Source: Aureliella sp.
GTDB taxonomy: Bacteria > Planctomycetota > Planctomycetia > Pirellulales > Pirellulaceae
Direction of reading: 5' to 3'
Assembly: GCA_963691875.1 (NCBI GenBank)
Contig: OY829846.1
Location: 2,848,001-2,912,000, forward strand
DNA: 64,000 nucleotides
Shown here: positions 61,769-64,000 of the stretch, piece by piece
How positions within the stretch are numbered: position 1 is the stretch's first letter
Layout: every line of letters starts with the position of its first letter
Translations under genes and position numbers: made by a program
The notes under the pieces: model-generated
The model's input: the letters and a program-made list of their open reading frames with translations, nothing else
Database searches by the model: none
Told to the model about the DNA's origin: nothing

Positions 61769-64000
61769 ATGGAAAACCTAGGCTGGACTCCTAACGCTCG
61801 CCCCGGCTACCGACTGAAGAAGTTGGAGGTCACCAATTGGGGCACCTTCGACAGCACGGCTGGGCAAGTCTACCAGCTCGCACCTGAAGGCCGCAGCGCT
61901 CTGCTGGTCGGTCAAAACGGCTCTGGCAAATCAACTCTGGTCGACACTCTACTGACACTATTGGTACAACCCGGTGTGCGGAACTACAACGTGGCTGCCG
62001 GCGCTAAGAAACGCGAACGCGACGAGCGAACGTATATTCGCGGCGCATGCGGCCGCAGCAGTGATGAAGAAGCCGGTTCTGTCACGGACTATCTGCGGCC
62101 GGACGACAAACACTACTCGGTGCTGCTCGCCTGCTTCAAGCGTGAGAGCACAGGCGATGCTTTTACCGTCGTACAAGTTCTACAGATCCTCGGTGATGGC
62201 GATGTCGACAAGACCTACGCCTATGCCGACGAAGAGAAGAGTATTGCTGAGGATCTCAGTGGTCTGACTCGCAGCGAGAAGATCAAGAAGCAACTCGTCG
62301 CCCGCGGCTTCAAGGCAACGACGAAGTACAGCGAGTATATGCCTTGGATTGCGCGTAAGACCAGTATGCGTTCTAAGGCGTTAGATGTCTTCAACCAAAC
62401 GGTTGCAGTAAAAGACATCCAGAGTCTCAATCGTTTCATCCGCGATCACATGCTCGAAGGCAAACCCTGGAAGGACCGGATCGAGAACTTACTCAGTCAT
62501 TTTCTGCAGCTTAGCCAAGCTCATCAATCGTTGGTACGCGCGAGACGTCAAATCGAGTTGCTTGAGCCGATTGAGACTGCTGCAGAAAAACTGGAGAAGC
62601 TCAATGCCGAGCAATCGCTCTACCAACAGCAGCTCGATGCAACGGACAGCTATTTCAAGAAGAAGACGATCGACTGGCTGCGTCCCAAGGTCAGTTCGAA
62701 TCGTGACCGTATTTCAAAGGCACAGGGACGAAAGGTCGAGCTCGAAAAAGAGATCGAGGCGTTGGAAGACACTCAGCGCTACATTCGTAACGAGATCGAC
62801 AACACTGGAGGTGAGCGTCTCCGGCAGCTACCTCTCCAACTCGAATCCCAGCAGACTATGCTGGCAGCCAAGAAACGCGAACGAAGTCGACTGCAGAGTG
62901 CTCTGAAGCTGGCGGGCATTGAAACCACGCTCAATGACGAACAAGACTTCGCGAATCTGCCCGGGAAGCTTGGGCAAGTTCAAGAAGAGATTTCACGCCG
63001 CTCCACCGAGATCGCAGCCCAGCGGCTAGATCTTGCTCGAAATTTGACTGAGGTGCGCAAGCACATAGACGAAGACAAAACACAGCTTGAAGTTTTGCAA
63101 CAACAGCCTGGAAACTTACCCGGTTGGTTGGCTGAAGTGCGAGCCAAGATCGCCCAAGACTTGGGGCTGGACAACAAGCGACTTCCGTTCGCTTGCGAGC
63201 TAATCAGTGTGGCGGAGAGTGAAGGCGATTGGCAATCTGCCATTGAACTCGTGCTGCGTCCTTTCGCCTTAACACTTCTCGTCCCTGAAGAGCATTATCG
63301 GGCGGTTTCGAGCTATGTCGAAAACCATCGATTGACCGACCAAAAAGGCCGTGGGCAAAAGCTAGTTTACAGCCGTGTTCAGTCTAATGCCGAGCCACAG
63401 CAACTCGAGCAACTGCATTCAGATTCGTTAGTTTACAAGCTAGGACTGCAAGAAGATCATGAGTTAGCTGGGTGGATCAGAGCCGAACTACATCGTCGAT
63501 TTGATTTTAGGTGCTGCAGTACTTTGGAGCAGTTCCAGCGTGCTCCTGGTCTCGCGCTGACTCAGCAACGTCACGTCAAATACGGCAGCAAGCGTCACGA
63601 AAAAGATGACCGCGCACAAGCGATGGACTCCAAGCGATTCGTGCTCGGTTGGGACAACGCCGCGCGTCTAGCAGAACTGCACACGAGTCTGCAAGAACTC
63701 CGGCAACAAGAGTCCGCGGTGCTCGACGAGATTCATCAATTGGAGACGCATTCGAAACGCGTCTCCAAGCAACTCGCTGCAGTTGACGAAGCTTTGGCCA
63801 TCGATGATTACGAATTGATTGATACACAGCGACACAAAGACGAAATCCGTAAGCTGGATGAAGAACGCAAGGCAATCGAACAGTCGAACGACACAGTGCG
63901 TGTCCTGCGCGAAAGACTTGAGGAAGCGGCCGGTCGTCGTCAGGCAGCACAAAAAGAACGCGACGAAGAAATCGCGATCGAAAGCAACATGCTACGCGAA
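61769..64000 (+). CDS. jetC: Wadjet SMC-like ATPase JetC, partial (runs off the window)
   Basis: Manual translation MENLGWTPNARPGYRLKKLEVTNWGTFD...LLVGQNGSGKSTLVD..LTLL...YNVAAG...R...Y.RG, followed by coiled coil, LPFACELI and FVLGWDN. No stop was seen and the frame is still in register at base 64000. Confidence 0.88.
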   Translation, partial: MENLGWTPNARPGYRLKKLEVTNWGTFDSTAGQVYQLAPEGRSALLVGQNGSGKSTLVDTLLTLLVQPGVRNYNVAAGAKKRERDERTYIRGACGRSSDEEAGSVTDYLRPDDKHYSVLLACFKRESTGDAFTVVQVLQILGDGDVDKTYAYADEEKSIAEDLSGLTRSEKIKKQLVARGFKATTKYSEYMPWIARKTSMRSKALDVFNQTVAVKDIQSLNRFIRDHMLEGKPWKDRIENLLSHFLQLSQAHQSLVRARRQIELLEPIETAAEKLEKLNAEQSLYQQQLDATDSYFKKKTIDWLRPKVSSNRDRISKAQGRKVELEKEIEALEDTQRYIRNEIDNTGGERLRQLPLQLESQQTMLAAKKRERSRLQSALKLAGIETTLNDEQDFANLPGKLGQVQEEISRRSTEIAAQRLDLARNLTEVRKHIDEDKTQLEVLQQQPGNLPGWLAEVRAKIAQDLGLDNKRLPFACELISVAESEGDWQSAIELVLRPFALTLLVPEEHYRAVSSYVENHRLTDQKGRGQKLVYSRVQSNAEPQQLEQLHSDSLVYKLGLQEDHELAGWIRAELHRRFDFRCCSTLEQFQRAPGLALTQQRHVKYGSKRHEKDDRAQAMDSKRFVLGWDNAARLAELHTSLQELRQQESAVLDEIHQLETHSKRVSKQLAAVDEALAIDDYELIDTQRHKDEIRKLDEERKAIEQSNDTVRVLRERLEEAAGRRQAAQKERDEEIAIESNMLRE

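Noticed and set aside
1..64000. CRISPR array, rRNA or intact IS element
   Set aside because: No regularly spaced repeats, rRNA-like stretch or transposase motif was seen by eye. The short repeats found are dispersed REP-like arms.

Overview
A 64 kb chromosomal window from a planctomycete, most likely Pirellulaceae-like. This is inferred from DUF1559, the DUF1592/DUF1552 pair, a PVC-type CxxCH protein, SHD1 and PQQ-like propeller families. Housekeeping and metabolic genes include a GntP permease, fumC, pgl, an MtfA/M90 peptidase, yacG, mnmD, tsaE, a FabF-like ketosynthase, ThuA, rtcB, an IMPase, tRNA-Arg(TCG), an AI-2E transporter, an RND pump, a small K+ channel, a PfkB kinase and a sodium:solute symporter. 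These are interspersed with uncharacterised secreted planctomycete proteins, at least eight decayed gene remnants and degenerate REP-like palindromes. The right end holds jetA-jetB-jetC of a Wadjet anti-plasmid system running off the window; jetC is missing from the supplied ORF track. The best candidates for undescribed biology are a secreted CX5R phosphatase/sulfurtransferase-fold protein fused to a cytochrome c'-type haem domain, an M14 carboxypeptidase-S9 dipeptidyl peptidase fusion, and a DUF1592/DUF1552/double beta-propeller module. No CRISPR array, rRNA, integrase or intact transposase was seen. All family calls come from motif recognition by eye; no database searches were run.
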